NCBI GenBank assembly: GCA_051362555.1
Contig: CM120642.1
Span: 20,646,001 to 20,710,000, forward strand
Origin: Lingula anatina
Lineage: Eukaryota; Animalia; Brachiopoda
Reading direction: 5' to 3'
Length of the DNA: 64,000 nucleotides
The notes below the pieces were generated by a model that worked only from the letters and a program-made list of their open reading frames with translations, did not search any database and was not told the origin of the DNA. The position numbers were made by a program, and so were the translations under genes. Positions 1 through 15,091 of this stretch are shown here, one piece after another. Each line of letters opens with the position of its first letter. Within the stretch, counting starts at the first letter, position 1.

Positions 1-219
1 ATTTCAGAGCTTTGATTTTTGTCTCTTAACTTTTTCAACAAGATACTTTTTGGCATTATTTGATATGTGAGAAAGTTGCATTGTTTGACATGAATAAGTC
101 AAAGGATTTTTTGTCTGTTCCAGATATTTTGCCACGCAGCATAACTCCACGGCAAGACAAGTGTTGTCTCACTCGCACCATCCTCAGTATGGGTAAGACT
201 GACCCAACCACTGGTCTAT

Positions 220-384
220 GGCCCCATTCAGAATAGGGGACTAACTAGTCTGAGGGCCAACCTACTTGAATACTTGCCCACAGGATATCTGTTCAGTGTC
301 TATTAGCGGATTAGATGGCAAGCTTTGTAGTGGGTCACCATATTTGACCCTCAGACTAGTTATTCCCCCATTCTGAATGGGGCC
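220..384. mobile_element. PIF/Harbinger-type MITE (165 bp)
   Basis: TIRs GGCCCCATTCAGAATAGGGGACTAACTAGTCTGAGGG ... CCCTCAGACTAGTTATTCCCCCATTCTGAATGGGGCC, flanked by a 3-bp TSD TAT (217-219, 385-387). Confidence 0.75.
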
Positions 385-3300
385 TATATCATAGCATTTA
401 TTACTAAGATTGCAGGGTGAATGAGAAAAGCACTCAGACAGTACCAACCCCCACCAAAGCAGCTCTCTTCTCATTATTAATTTATGGCTCAACAACAAAA
501 TTCGATATCCGTAACTTTTCAAGTTAGGCTGTATACTAACAATTTAATAAAGGCAGAAAATACATAATGTCCTTGTCAGAGGCAATTAAATGCTGTTTTG
601 AGTTACTGCAGTGATCTGAAATTTAAGAAAGTTTCTGATGTCTTAAAGGTACTGTGTGCTTTACTTCATTTGACTGATCAGTTCTGTTCATAACCTCTAG
701 TGTCAGTCACCTTAACATAAGAAAAATAACAGATGTCGCCTGTGCCATATGTCCATATGATGGAACCTTTACATATAGTTTTAGTAAGGATAAACATGTT
801 TGTCATGTAAAGATTTCATTAGAAAATCTGCAGATTATTTTTCAAACACCTGTGACAAAGAAGAACACATAGAACAGACAATGATGGTTTTATATTTCTT
901 CCATTCATTTCTAACTCACAATATATCAGTTTTCAATATTTCTTTGGTTTTTATAATGCAGTAGGGATTAAAAAAACTCTTTGACTTTGTTTGCTGAAAA
1001 GATCCTACTTAGTTGGAATATGATTTTAAAAAAATTTAGTAAAAGATGTTCTGGCATTTGCCAGACATGCACCTATTTAAAAAATGATAATTATGATAAT
1101 AGCTCTATAATAAAGTATAATAACAAATTGCTGTATATTTCAGGTATTCTTTTGCTATAGTGGGTATCAACCTGACGGGGGTGGCTCACCAGCTGTTGAT
1201 CTCAGGAGCTCTCAAGACACACTTCTACAATGTGGTACAGGGCAAACCTAAGCTAGATCACTTCCATCAAGTGTATTGTAAGTACTGCCTGCCTCCCTGC
1301 CTGAACAGAATGGCTAATTGTTCCACAGTCCTGTTCACATTGAGTGGGGAAGTTTTCTGTATCATACCAGTTTGACTGGCCCTGCAATTACATTATGATC
1401 TATTATCCTTCACAAGCCTCAATGTACCAATCTAATTTAATCCAGTAATCTGGCCGTTTCAATAGTGGGGGCTCCATTTAAGCAATTTTCTTACACTATT
1501 ATGGCTAATAAGTTATCAGTGTCAAATAATGGTATGGAAAAACTTGAACTGTGCAATGTGAGAAGGGCCTACATGTCTGGGAAATAATAGGTGTTTATTT
1601 GTGTATGCGAAAAGTAAACTGGTATATTTCTGGTTGGAACCAAACAGCATGTTTCTTACTATGAGAGATACATGTTTATTGCTGAGCTGTATGATTCAAA
1701 GTTAATTTAGAGGTTTCACAATTTTTAACTGCTGTATACTGCTGTATTAAATGAATTCCTTGAAAAGTTAGAGAATAACTTTTTGTGAAAAAAAAACAAC
1801 TGAATTTTGTTTTGCTTGTTCTTTTAGGCTATCTTTTCCATGAATTTGACAAGTTCTGGCTTGCAGAGAAGCCCCACATCATGGAGTTCAACAAAGTAAA
1901 GGCCAAGTTTGCTAAAAGGATTGTAATGCATCTGAAGGACAGAAATGCCACTTTATCTATGAAGTTTGTCACAAGTGAGGCCAAGTGACTGTCATTCCTT
2001 GAGTACGGCACTCTATGAAGTACAGATGGGCAGTAACACATGTCCCCCCAGCTCAGTGTCACCCGCCTCGCTGACTTCAAATGACAATCAGAAAATATCT
2101 TTTTATTTGGTGACACTGGTATATAACAGCACGTCAGCGTTGTGAAGCTGTGGTTATGTGCATGTGTGTATCATTACTTGTGCTGCAGTCTGCTTGGAAG
2201 AGGAATCGCTGGTTATTCCGTCTTTATCTTCTCCTGCTAGGAGAGCTGATACCAAAGAGGTTAACCAATATTTAGGTCCTTCGCTGTATTCTCATGTTCA
2301 TGGTGTAAAGCAATCGCTGTCAGTGATGTGATGGAAGGTGGTCAGTAAGTACTGGACATTGTCCAGTCAGTGATAAATGCAGGAGACCTAGCCCTGTGTC
2401 TATGTGCTCTGGCAAAGTATGGTATGGTCTTGGTGTTCTTCCCGAAACTAATAATGCTGCTAAGACATACATTGCTAAGAAAATCTCCAAAGCTATCACA
2501 TCTCCAGAGTTATCACATTTTTATATTTATTTTCATTGTTTTATCAAATCACAATGGAGTCAAGGATGTATTGCTGTAACAGTTGTTTAGTTTTTGGTGA
2601 AAAACATGTCACAAGACCCCTATCTCTGTGCACCTCAAAGACTAAGCACCTGCTGTAACTATGTACGTGGATATGTGCCCAGATGTGCTACTTGCTATGT
2701 GAGCAGCAGTGGTGTAGGTTTAAAATGTTACCCTATAAGTACAATCTCTATGTATTCAGTGTCACAGGAATGCAGTTGTTTGAGAGTTGATGAAAGAGCA
2801 CATTTGGATGGTCATCTAAACCTACGCGTTTTGAAGTAAGAGCAGGAGAGATTAATTCATTGTCTGTTTATTTTGTTCATTGCTTGTATGATCACTTTTT
2901 AGAATCATGTTTAGGATGTTAAGGATGAAATGAAACACCACACAGAGAAGGGAATCTCAACTTCCAGTCCTAGCTTCCAGTCTGTTTGGAAATTGGGACG
3001 TCAGTGTCAAACAGGTTCGATAAAATTGTACTAAAGAATGTTTATTTATATTTCACTGAAGAAGGCCAAAAAAGAAGCAAAGCGTTGCTTTGATGTATCA
3101 CTAATGAAATTTTTGACTCCAGCCAATGTAGTGAAGACTTAAATTTGCAAATATTACATTTTTATCGTTGTTTATTGTATAATAAAGTTTAGACATTGAA
3201 CAGTGCAATAGAACTTCGTGTAAGGTCCTGCATTTAGTGTGCAGGATTGACAATTACTACCACATGTTCTTAGAAAAAATTTATTTAAAAAAACCCTAGA

Positions 3301-4112
3301 AATGTCACTTTGAGCAGGACTTTCTTGGGCATTTTGTTATATTGTCTTTTGATATGAAAATTGTAAATGAAATAAAATGAGAAACCTACTGATAAACACA
3401 GACTTCAAAGACTTTTTTCAATGTAAATCGAATCCAGTTTAAATTTCTACTTGTAAATCTGGTTATATTGTCCGTGTTGTCAATTATGAAACAAATTGAT
3501 CATGTTCTAAACGACAGTACATGTAGCCAGTTTTCGTTTGTGTTAAATAGAAGAGCGTTAAAATGAAGCATTTTAAGTCGAAGAAACCAAGAATTCCATG
3601 TACGTGTTGCTAGTACTCATTGGATATGGGATGCCCAAACTCTTCTCTCTGCAATGAGAAATTGTCGTGTAAGGCGGCCAACACAATATTGGAGTCTTCG
3701 CGACCGGAGTTGGATCCCCATTGCGACAGCTGTGCCCTAACACAATGCTTGGTTGAGAAAATAAGTTTACAGTTATCCGCGGAATAATTATTTTGTTACT
3801 GAAATGGGCTATGTATAAAGGAAATATACAGGGAGGATTGCATTTTTGATAAAAATTATAACAAAACGATGCATTTGTTCGAAAATGGCGAATTTTGTAT
3901 AACTTGGTCAAAAGTAAATTTACAAAGAGAGTTAATTGTAACTGGGGTACGTGCTGGTTAAATGTACGTGATAATAATGACGTTTGTGACGCGATTAGCT
4001 GGATGAAATACGGTTGTGCAACTGACTTTAAGTCTCACGCGGGTATCGAATTCTTCACACTGAAAGCAAATAAAGATGAACAAGGTCAGTAACTCTCTGT
4101 CATTCCTGTCCT

Positions 4113-4299
4113 TTATTTGTGTGCCGGTCCTTCATCTTCCCACAGCGAGTACACCGTCCAGTAGATCATGTTGAAGATTAAGAAAGAGACCGGGAAAACC
4201 ACTCTAGAGATCCTGTCCAGTGTACTGGCGCGGATTTCATGGCCCTGTCGTCTGGCTGGAGTGCCGTCCTCCGCGTCCTCCTTGGACTTGCTAGGAATC

Positions 4300-4348
<49 letters not shown>

Positions 4349-7300
4349 TGATGATGATGATAATGATCATAATAAAAAATATTTACTCAGCCATGGTATA
4401 TATTCCTGATATTATAAGATATATAAAAAGGAAATTATGTTACCGTCTCAGTTTTAAAAAGATATGAAGTAAGATGGCTTAAAGAAATAGCTAAAAGAAA
4501 TGGATTAAAATAAAAGCCATGGACTGAAATACTGTGTTTTACATGTAAAGACTTAAGAAAAGATATCCATCATTCTGATAAACAAAACACTAAAACAATT
4601 AGAAATGTGATTGTCAACGTCTGAAACTTAAAAGTTTATGGTTTACCACGTTATGCTTTGACGAGTCCATTAATTTCTCATTACGAAATTGCAACAGTTG
4701 AGACAATTTTTCTACTGCTTTCAAAGGTGACATAAATAAATGTCAACAACATGTTCGTTACATGCGGCAAATACAGAGTGTTTTTCTAAAAGCCCCCTCT
4801 TACACGTGTATTTATGTTTATGATTTTTAGGACATTGTAAAAAAAATCTCTCAGATTTTCCTTTAATAAAATAATGAATCGTTTTCAAGCGTCTTCCTAC
4901 TTGTGAAATATGCTCTTTTTAATAAGACAAACACAAAGTAGGCTTACGTTTGGTCTTCTAGTGCTCATCCGTGTGAACTTCCTATGACTGACATTAACGA
5001 AGGCGAACTCCAGTAGAGCCAGGAAGACGAAGAACAGACAAGTGGACATCCAGACGTCAATGGACTTGATGTAGGACACACGGGGAAGTGTTTGGCGTAT
5101 GGCGTACGTCTGCGTGGTCAGCGTGAGGACAGTGAGGAGGCCCAGCGTGATTCTGGCCGGAACAGAGTCGTAGCTGATCCAAAACGCCACCCATGAAAGC
5201 GCCACTATCAGCATGCTCGGGACGTACGTTTGCACTATGTAGTACTGGATGTCACGTCTTAGGACGAATTCTATCACTAGCTGAGTGAAATCGCCTGGAA
5301 AGAAATAACTACATCCGTCATTTTGTGTGGGACCATTGTCGGGTAAGTTGTATATGTACTAAATATTTCATCTAACTATGCCATGGTGTTCACGAATCGT
5401 GTCTTTCGTATAAACTTAAAAATGCCATTACTTCTCTACTAAAGTCTTTATTCAAGAAGGATCAGTTTTCTCTGGAGTATTCTCAAAAATTAACCCCTTC
5501 GCCCCAATCAATACAATTACCATTCGAGATTGCACCGTCCAAACATAATGGATTCAGTGGGAGAAATCTTATTACCAGATCAATATGAAGGTTTGGGTTT
5601 TCTTCCCGTAGTGAGTATTATCAGTGTCAAGGGAAAAGAGAATAGGACCCAAATTACAGAAGACTGATTACAAGTGGCACTTTACAATTATAAGCATCAA
5701 CGTATGTAGTAGAAGATAAAACTTGAGTCGCTGAAGCTATGCATATTCCACCGTAAAAAAATTAAATACACTATTGTCGACATACGGGTCAGTGTATGGG
5801 GGGGCAAAGTGATTTCCATTTCGTCAGAAAATGAAAAAACGGCCGTTTTTCATTTTCATTTTATAGAAATGGCCAAAATGTAGTGGAAAATGAAACTCAG
5901 TTTTCGTTTTTCCATTTAAAATGAAAAATGGAAAAACGGAAATTGCCCTCGTTTTTTATATTTTACTATAAAATGCAAAATACAATATCGACAGATCCCC
6001 GATGTGATACAAAAATATAAATATCGACCGTTTTCGTTTTTTCTAATGTTTAACAGGTGAAATAAATCATAAAATACCCTTTTATCCGTGTCTTTGAGGA
6101 ATTGACAGGCTCGAAAAATGTTCATTATTCAATTTTCGATTCAAATAGAAAAACGAAAGTCCGTTCGTTTTTCTGATTTTCATTTTATGAATGAAAATGG
6201 AGAAACGGACGTGCAGACACACAGACAGAGAAATGGCAGCAGCTGCAAGTTATTGGTGACTAAATTCTGTCAGTTAAAGCTTAAATGCAATGAATTATTT
6301 CTATAAATAATGCAGAATTTGGGATATGCTGTTGACGTTGGTCTACAACTTCCACTTAAAGGCATAACAGAAACAGAGATCCATTACTAGTGTGCACAAG
6401 GGAGTTCAACTTTGTGCAACAGACAGGTATAGGCCTATTGCACCCAGTGCATGTACCAGCTGTTTGTGTGCTGAAAATATATTCTAATCAGACTGTTTTA
6501 ACCCTCTACCCACTGTGAATAACTTTCATGGAAAATTAGGTTTTAATAAAGTATTTGGTTATTGTCATATTTTTGTTGTTGTTTATTGTAGATCCGCTGA
6601 TTTGTAGATAATATAGGCCTACCATTTAGCTTCAACGGCACGATTAAAAACTTAAACAATTTGTCTTTGTTCTCATCCTTGATCAGTCTTACTTCTTTAA
6701 AATCAGTCTTATTGTTTAATGATTTATCGCAGCACGTGTTTCCTCTTATTTGAAAGTTTGGTCAGAAAATGCTGATCAGTTATCTCCGGTCAAAGGGCCG
6801 AAAGGGAGTAGGGGGGCTATCTGTAAGCTAGGACCAAAATTATTATCGTCTATCCTAGCTGTAAGCAAATTTTTAAGAGAGAAAAACCCACCAAAACGGT
6901 TGTGAAATGCCAAAAAGGCGTCAGGAACATTTCATGATTAAGGGGGGGGGGGTTTAAAGACTTTCTCTTAAACTAAAGGTCTTAGTTTTTTATTCAGTTG
7001 TCATATTCATTTAATGTACCTTCAAAACATCTAATTATGCTTGAAACACAGCTACGGGCTAGGAAGTCAAGACCTTACTAGATGATATACTCATTCACTC
7101 CTTCAGAATATCGATACAGTTGATCGATACAGGTTGGTGAACATTTTAGGTGGCGGATTTATGTGGGGATCCTGACATCCCCCCCCCCCACCCTTTCGAT
7201 TTATGAAAAATATCACACCAATGATCCCCTCTTGAAATTAGAATTTTCACCAGCTGAATCATAGTTGTAAACCATACCAAATGGTACTCTCTAAAATGCC

Positions 7301-10300
7301 TTTCAGCGGGCCCCGAAACCCACGCCAGAGGGGTCGGCTTCGCATCCAAGGACTGTTTTTTTGAACATCTTTATTTTTTCGAAAGGTTATATATTAATAT
7401 ATTATAATATTACAACAATGACACGCTTACCCGCGGACCCCCCCCCCCCCCCCTTCAAATAATCTTGGATCCACCCCTGTTTTTGTTACCTGATTAGTTG
7501 CTGGTTTGTACAGTAACAGCAGTAAAAACTGAAACAAGAGAGAAATCTTGCACTTATTTTTCCTTCTATGTACAGCTTATTTTTATCAACACGACGAATA
7601 TTTGAGATTGTCCGTTCCAACACTCGTATTGCATTAAAAAAGAGAGTCAAACTCAAGATGCAAATGTGTGAATTTTTATAAAATAAAATACCCCCCCCCC
7701 CCCTCCCCAAAGGTTGCATTAAAATGTTTAGGAAGAGGAAATACATAATTTGTTTATTAGTTTGTGATTACGTACATAAGATAATAACGCAAATGCATTG
7801 CGCAAAGGGCCCTGTAGGTTTGTAAAAACTAACTCAATAACTTCTTTGACTAAGGAACAATAACATTCAAGAGCAACAAGACGCAGGGGTGTAAAGATTC
7901 TAACAAACATTTTATTAATTTATCCAGTGTTATCCACAGAAACACAGCTACAAAATTTGTGCAGCTACATAACTGCTTTGCCCAGTCGCACGCACCAGTA
8001 GGCCTACTTAGTTAAAAGAACATCAATTGAGGCTATACCAGCACTACAGTCCAGGCGACTTAATAAACATTCAAATATTTCTCTCATGATAAAAATTTCT
8101 ACTTTCTATCAAAATCTTGTCACAAAAAGTCCTTACAGAAACAGATCCAACCTTCATCTCTTCTCCACTTTGACCTAGACACTAACCTAGGGGCCTATTT
8201 CATATTTCTGAACCACACACAGCGAGGGCGCATTGTTTTTCCATAATTGTCCACAGTTTATAGAATTTCTGAAATTCCTTAATTCATTTTTCTTAAAGTA
8301 ATTTACTAAATCTCCGAATACTTATACAAAACCAGGAATAATCCTAGTCTCGTGAAGTCAAAGTTTCAAGGGCTGCCATTTTTCTGTCTGTATGTCTTTA
8401 TATACTTCCGTTTTCCAAGTTTTATTTCCAAAATGAAAATCAGAAAAACGAACTGACTTCCGTTTTTCCATTGAAACCATAATGGCAAAAAATAAACATG
8501 CTTCGATACTTCATTTCTTCACAGAAGGAGAAAAGGACGTATTTTCTAATATATTTCACTCTCTTGACATGGGAAAACAGTGGATGTTTCTATTTTCTAT
8601 CACGTTTGGAAATCTGTCGTTTTTTGTTTTTTTTTTATGTCACAAAAAAGCGGAAAAAACGAAAAATAATCTCGTTTTTCCATTTTTCATTTTAAAAGGA
8701 AAAACGAAAATCGAGGTTGATTTTCCATTTCACTTTGACAATTTATCAAATGAAAAGGAAAAACGGCCGTTTTTTCATTTTCTGACGAAATGGAAATCAC
8801 TTTGCCCCCCCATACACGGACCCATACGAGAACTGTTTCCACTTTTGTAGGATTTCATCGACTCGTGAAAAGAAGTATCCTCGAGGACGAACTGAGGCAG
8901 CGTCAGTGTGTCGGCCTTATCCAGCTCTTTCTGCTGTGTCCAACGGAATATGATGGTGTCCGTGCTGTATGCATCTGTAATGCAAGATACAATATTGCAA
9001 AATCTATACTGCTTTTTAATGTTGGGTGATACTTTATACATATGTTTGGCAAGAATCCATTATTTGTATTATAATTGTAAATGAACGCAAAGAAAAGTTT
9101 TACCTCCATGCATATGCGAAATACAAAAATGTACAAGAGAAATTCTAAACTCATCAGATAACCTTATACAGTGTACGTTAAAAGTAATAAACGAGAGAGA
9201 GAGGGGGGGAGAAAGAGAGAGTAAAGATTACGTACAACTTTCAATAACGAGAGCACAGACTTGCGTGTCAAGAGGAAACTTTTCCAAGTGCATTGGGCAG
9301 TCAGCAGTGAGAGAGATTCTAAAATACAAACGTTAAGATTGTGCAATAACGATCAAATCTAATCACTATCCATAAGCGTTTATGATAAAATATTGCCACG
9401 CCATTTACAGGACAACGAACTTACTCTTAAAAAAGTTTTTTTTTCTAAGAGACATACACGTTGTATATAGATAAAAAGGTAAGATGGTTTCTATTTCTGT
9501 CATGTTTCAAACGGGAAGGTATATATCCTTATTCCCGAGTTAATAAGAAGAGAACTTAGCAGTCTGTATATCGTATTGCCTATATCCGTATCACATAAGT
9601 GGGGGTGGGAGGTTTGCATGCCAACTCTTAAATTATCAATACTAGAAAACGTGAATTGGTCACGTGTACCTTGAACTAAAGAACACAGTTCCATTACTGT
9701 CAATGCGCATCAGGTGATTGGGGGTGGTAATGGAGTGAAATCTCGCGCTCTTCTCGTTGGAAAAGAACAAGTCTGGCACCCACACGTCATTCACTTTCTT
9801 AGGGTCTAAATTGATCTCGGAGATATTGTAGATTTCAGGGTCGAAACTTAACCTAGAATCTGTCCACGTTCGTCTTAGGAATATATTCATAGAATAATCC
9901 TGGAAAGAAAGATGCATATTAAGTTAATTAAAACTTCCCTCAGAAGAGTTAGGTAGGCAATACGAAAGAAAAACTTCTGCGAACAAAAAGATTCGGTAAC
10001 AGAGAAGACGATTGGCAACAGAAAAGAAAATTATAGTAATGCATTTATATTATCTGATATTATCTGATGGAAAGGAACGATTGTTATGGCTGTTCATTTC
10101 TGTTTCTGCGGTTGTCTAACAGTCTGTTGTCTACTTATACAATATGTGCACTTGAGATACCAGACATGTCTGGGCCCACAATGAGTTTACCGTATTGGTA
10201 ACTAAGGATCCTAGATTTATGTTTTCCTATTTAGACCATTTAATCACCCGGCCCATGGTTAACTTGCAACACAGCTGAAATATTGCCTATTTCACGACTA

Positions 10301-13300
10301 CTTGGTTATTTCGGACAGTTTCTTCGGACATAAATACTGTTGCGGTCATTCTCTAGCCAATCCACCTGTCCATCTGAAGGCCATGCATCCTCGCTCACTG
10401 CCTGGAGATGCAGATTCATGATTTGAAAGGCAGGTGTAGAATGTCGAACTTCTGGTCAGTTATACATATGTTTGCAGATACAGCTAAGTAAATAAAGCAC
10501 GGTATGAGATAAATCAATACTGATTGAATACTTGGAATATTAGCCAAACTTAATTATGAAATCCCTGGGAACTGCAGCTGAATGTTTCTAAGAGTATCTT
10601 AATATCACAGCCGATGATTGCGTACTAAATTTGGCCAGTAAGAAAAGAGATAAACCATTTTAAGTAAATACAGTACACTGTAGCTGTGTATTACTGTAGC
10701 CAACACACACATTCAGAGACTGTTTTTTAACATATCAAACGTGCAATTATGTAGTTCCAGGGGCGTTTTTGTTCCTACGTTCCAATTACCTTTAAGTCAG
10801 ATGAGAGTTAGAAGTTGTTTGTCAGTTCTAAAGAGGGAACTTCGACAGGTATTTACGAAATGATTGTTACCAGGCATACTTCATAGATTTTACTGATAGT
10901 CCTGTTCTGTCATTTCTTGTGTTAGGTGAGAGCGAATGTAAATTTCGGATTAAGGGATTTTTCATTCCACAGAGCAACTATCAGTAATAACAGTTCGGCA
11001 TTGTTTGTTTATTAAAAAGGCCTCTACAACGTTATCTTTTTTCATTTAAATTATTTTATTTATTTATTTATTCATTCATTTTTTTTGTTTATTCATTTAT
11101 CTACATGTCTTTTTTATTATTCTTTAATCTACATATTTATTTATTGTTTTTGTTTGTTTATTTGTTTGTTTGTTTGTTTGTTTGCTTTTTCATTTTGTGG
11201 TGCAATTCAGAATCTTGTCGACAAAAATGTGAAACATGCCTTTTCTTCAATAGTTTGTCTTCCGGATGTTTTATCTCCGGAAAAAAGGGATAATCAAAAA
11301 AGCAGGCAGCTTTTTTGTTCTCCACGTGCTCCTCTACAATCAAGAAAAAAGTCAGGGTTGTACAGTATTTCAAACGGCCAACAAATTACTTGAGACCGTT
11401 AATGAGTCCGTTTCCTATATGAAATGTGAGCTTGGGGCAGAACCCAGGTGATAAAAAACAACCTACTCAGCTTGTTATCACTCGCCCGTATCAAGGGTCT
11501 CTTGTAATGGTTTGCCATCTATGCAAACAACTCTTCGCCATGTTTTTCACAAACACGAAAATACAATTTCAAAGAAATACATTCTGTATGCAACAGGCAT
11601 CTCTGTCGTGAATAAATCATGAAGTTGTTCATCTGATTAAAAACATGACAAGAAACAAGTTGGTTTATTTTAGATATTAAATGGATATGTGAACACAAAG
11701 GAGGAGGAGAAATCCCAAAATCCCAATTTCTTCCGAGAGTTAGATAATCCCCTACAGTAAGTTAGCACTTATCAGAGCCTTAGGCTGCATTCATAACTGC
11801 AGACTGACAGATCCTCGGATCAAATGTGGCCGACCCACCCGAATGTGCTTGTTGCGTAATACCTGCGGAATATCTATTCATTGTCTATTAGAGAATTACG
11901 CGGCAAGCTTTTAACTTGGTCGCCATATTTGATCCGCGGATCCCTAAGTCCGCTGTTGTGAATGTGGCCTCAAAGTGCGTTCAAAACAAGTTGATCCGAG
12001 GACTAACAGGGGATTACGCGGCTTGCTTTTTTAAAAGCTTAAAAGTCATATTTAGGTCGCGGATCAGTAAGTCCGTGGATCTTCTGTTCTGAACGCGCTC
12101 TGAGTGAGACCACCACGTAAAAAGCTGCTGTTCTTTCTACTGGTAATGTTTACCAGAAGAAAAGGTTTCATGTGGTATAAGGGAATACGCAATGTAAACG
12201 AAAAAAAGTTCACGGAGAATGGAAAAATAAATAATGGTCTCCTTCCACTCTGCCACTTGGTTGCCAGGTGGAAGTAAAAGGTTTGAATGGATTGTTTATC
12301 AACAAATTGTCTTTAACTTCATCTTTTACACGAACACTATTTATCTATCTTACTTAAAATGCACTCTTTCAAAACATTATCACTCGCATTTTTTATGGAA
12401 ATGAAGTCCTTCATATTTTTCATTTCCTACCAGAAATCACTTACCATACTCAGCTCATTAATAGAATCAAAGTTATTCACGAATATTTCAATTTTAACTT
12501 CAACCGGGTAATCTGAAAAACAGCAAAACAGCAAAGCTCGTTGTACATCACGGTGAAGAATATCACTATAAAATATTTATCAAGATGTTCATATGTTCAT
12601 TTATATATAAATATGGACTATGACTCCTTTATGAAACCACGACTGCCTGAGGTTGAATGGTAAAAAAACAAATGTCTGATTCTGGAAGAAGCAAACAGAA
12701 AATTGGCATAAAGTAATGCGACTAAGGATTATTCATGTCTTCGTTTTAGCTTATATGATCAGTGAAATATTAAGTTATTGAGCAGCATACCATCCTCATC
12801 GTGTGTCCGTTATATAAGGCATCAACAAGAACTGGGCAACATGTCATCATTAAAATTTACGTCTTTAAGATCTAAATTATTTTTCTCATACCTGAGTTTA
12901 TATTTGGTGGTAAACTGGCATCATACCCATTAAATAATTCTGTCAGAAGGCTGGACCTGAAAACAGATGTAACAGTGGATGAATGTTGACGTACCATCTC
13001 AATTATCATTTCAAGATTGTTTACAGATATTTCTAGATATTAATTGGGCCCTTACACAAAAAGTTACTTTCTGAGTCACGTCGGTGACGCACACATATTG
13101 TGTAAAATTTGAATAATCCTCACTGCTGCAATCTTTTCTCTAATACGTATTACATGTATTATAACTCCCAATAAGGAAATAAATCAACAGTGATTAAAAG
13201 TTATATAACTGTTGTGTAAATAATATAATATAATAAATATAAAGAAGCATATAATATAATAATGATACTGACAAGTCTCAAAAATTCACTTTTTTTTTTT

Positions 13301-13305
13301 TTTGC

Positions 13306-13340
<35 letters not shown>

Positions 13341-15056
13341 GTAAACATATAATACAGAGAAACTGAGACAGGCACTTTGAAACAGTTCACCTCTCAAGGA
13401 GATGAATCGACTTATCTCACTGACTATGTTAATAAGCTGTCTCATTGCGATTAGCTCGCCATAGGGGCCACATCTAATCCTTCTGTTGCCCCATCCACGG
13501 CCAGTGTAATACAGGTAAGTTGCATGCCATCCGATTGGCTTCCTAGGGTGAACTAAGCGTAATCAGACGACCTGCTTAAATGGACCTTACTAAGATAGAC
13601 CTGACCATCTAAACTGGAAACTCATGACTCATGACCCATTCTGTTCTATACATGATTTAGCTGGATGAGAACTGGTATATATATAGGAAGCAACTACTAG
13701 TAAATGTTGCAAAATAACAGTGAAGGTCAATTTAATCTATAACAACCAAACGTAAGTTTTGATGGATCCCGGACTCGACATTCATGTAATATAAATAGAA
13801 ACGCTGTCCATAATCAGAGAATGGGCTAAATTACTAGTGACATACAGTAAATGAGCAAGCAAATCTAATAAAATATAAAGATGGAATAGCCACTGCAACC
13901 TTTTTTGTGAACACAGATGTGCAGTTATCTAAAAGTCCCATTTGAAGCAGATGCTTTAATGCGCGCTATGAGCGAAAGACCCTCAGAATTATTCCCCTGG
14001 TGAGTTCTTGGTTAGAGAGTTTTAAACAAATTACCAGAAATAGCGTACCGGGGATGTTATACTAGTGTTGCAGGTCGAGGCTCACAGCTATAGTACAGCT
14101 GAGTAAAACTACGTCGTACATTTTTTTTTTATATTTTACCTACACCCCTCCCCCTTGTCTCTATAAAATGTGTACATAGTTACAACCTATTAATTTACCG
14201 AACGCAGAGCACGCAGTGCTGAAAGGTGTATAATAGCAAACTGGACTTGATACAATCCAGGTATTCTATGTCCAGAAATATTGGCCATTGGGTAAATATT
14301 TATAAAAGAATAAATATATATGACCCCTGCTTAAGATGGCGCTTGCTAAGACCGCATAGGTGTGCTGCACCTGGTGTTAGTGCCATGAGCTTTGTTTAAA
14401 AGTGGAGCATCAAGCTGCGCTGGTTTACCGAGTCAATCTGTTCGCCACCCCCCACCCCCCACCCCCAAACACACACACACTCATCTAATAACCATGATTT
14501 ACCAGGCACCACCCACTTTGCAAACGAGTTTGGTTTCTATTGAGCGTACAAATCAGCCGGCAGATGAGTCTGGTTCGCTCTACTTGCTGTGGCACATATA
14601 GAGTAGGCCCCATGACAGGGAGACCACATGCTCTGGCCGCCACTTGAATGGAGCGCCATGTAAAGGCGTAGTTAGTTTTTAAAAAATCATAACCTTAGCT
14701 GATATTTTCCAAAGATACACTCTTTCCTGGATGATTGAGTTACAACTGATGGTTCAGCGGTACTGTAATCAAAGAAACGGTTTATAACCTAAGAGTAGGA
14801 GATTCCGAGAACTCGAACTAACTTCATCCACCAGCACCAATCCTCCAAAGCCCGTAACTGGGGGGGGGGGGGGTCACGGGTTTGAAAGAAGTATCCTTTT
14901 TGACAGGAAAATGTCCCCTCTGGATAAAATTTTGTCTAGGTATACGAGGGTTTCATGGTAAAAGGTCCACTTTTCCAGAAAAAGATCCCCCCCCCCCCCA
15001 TTTTGTAATTGTTGGCTACAGGCCTGCCTCTTATATGCAGCAAGACCCCCTCCTCC

Positions 15057-15091
<35 letters not shown>

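Noticed and set aside
1-3500. Short ORFs in the first 3.5 kb
   Set aside because: No recognisable motifs or exon structure. AT-rich with several AATAAA signals; probably the 3' UTR of a gene outside the window, which cannot be shown here.
14034-14121. ATG with a hydrophobic stretch (MYDVVLLSCTIAVSLDLQH) as a candidate first exon of the channel
   Set aside because: In-frame TAG before any donor. The exon at 17100-17024 gives a proper signal peptide and the correct phase.
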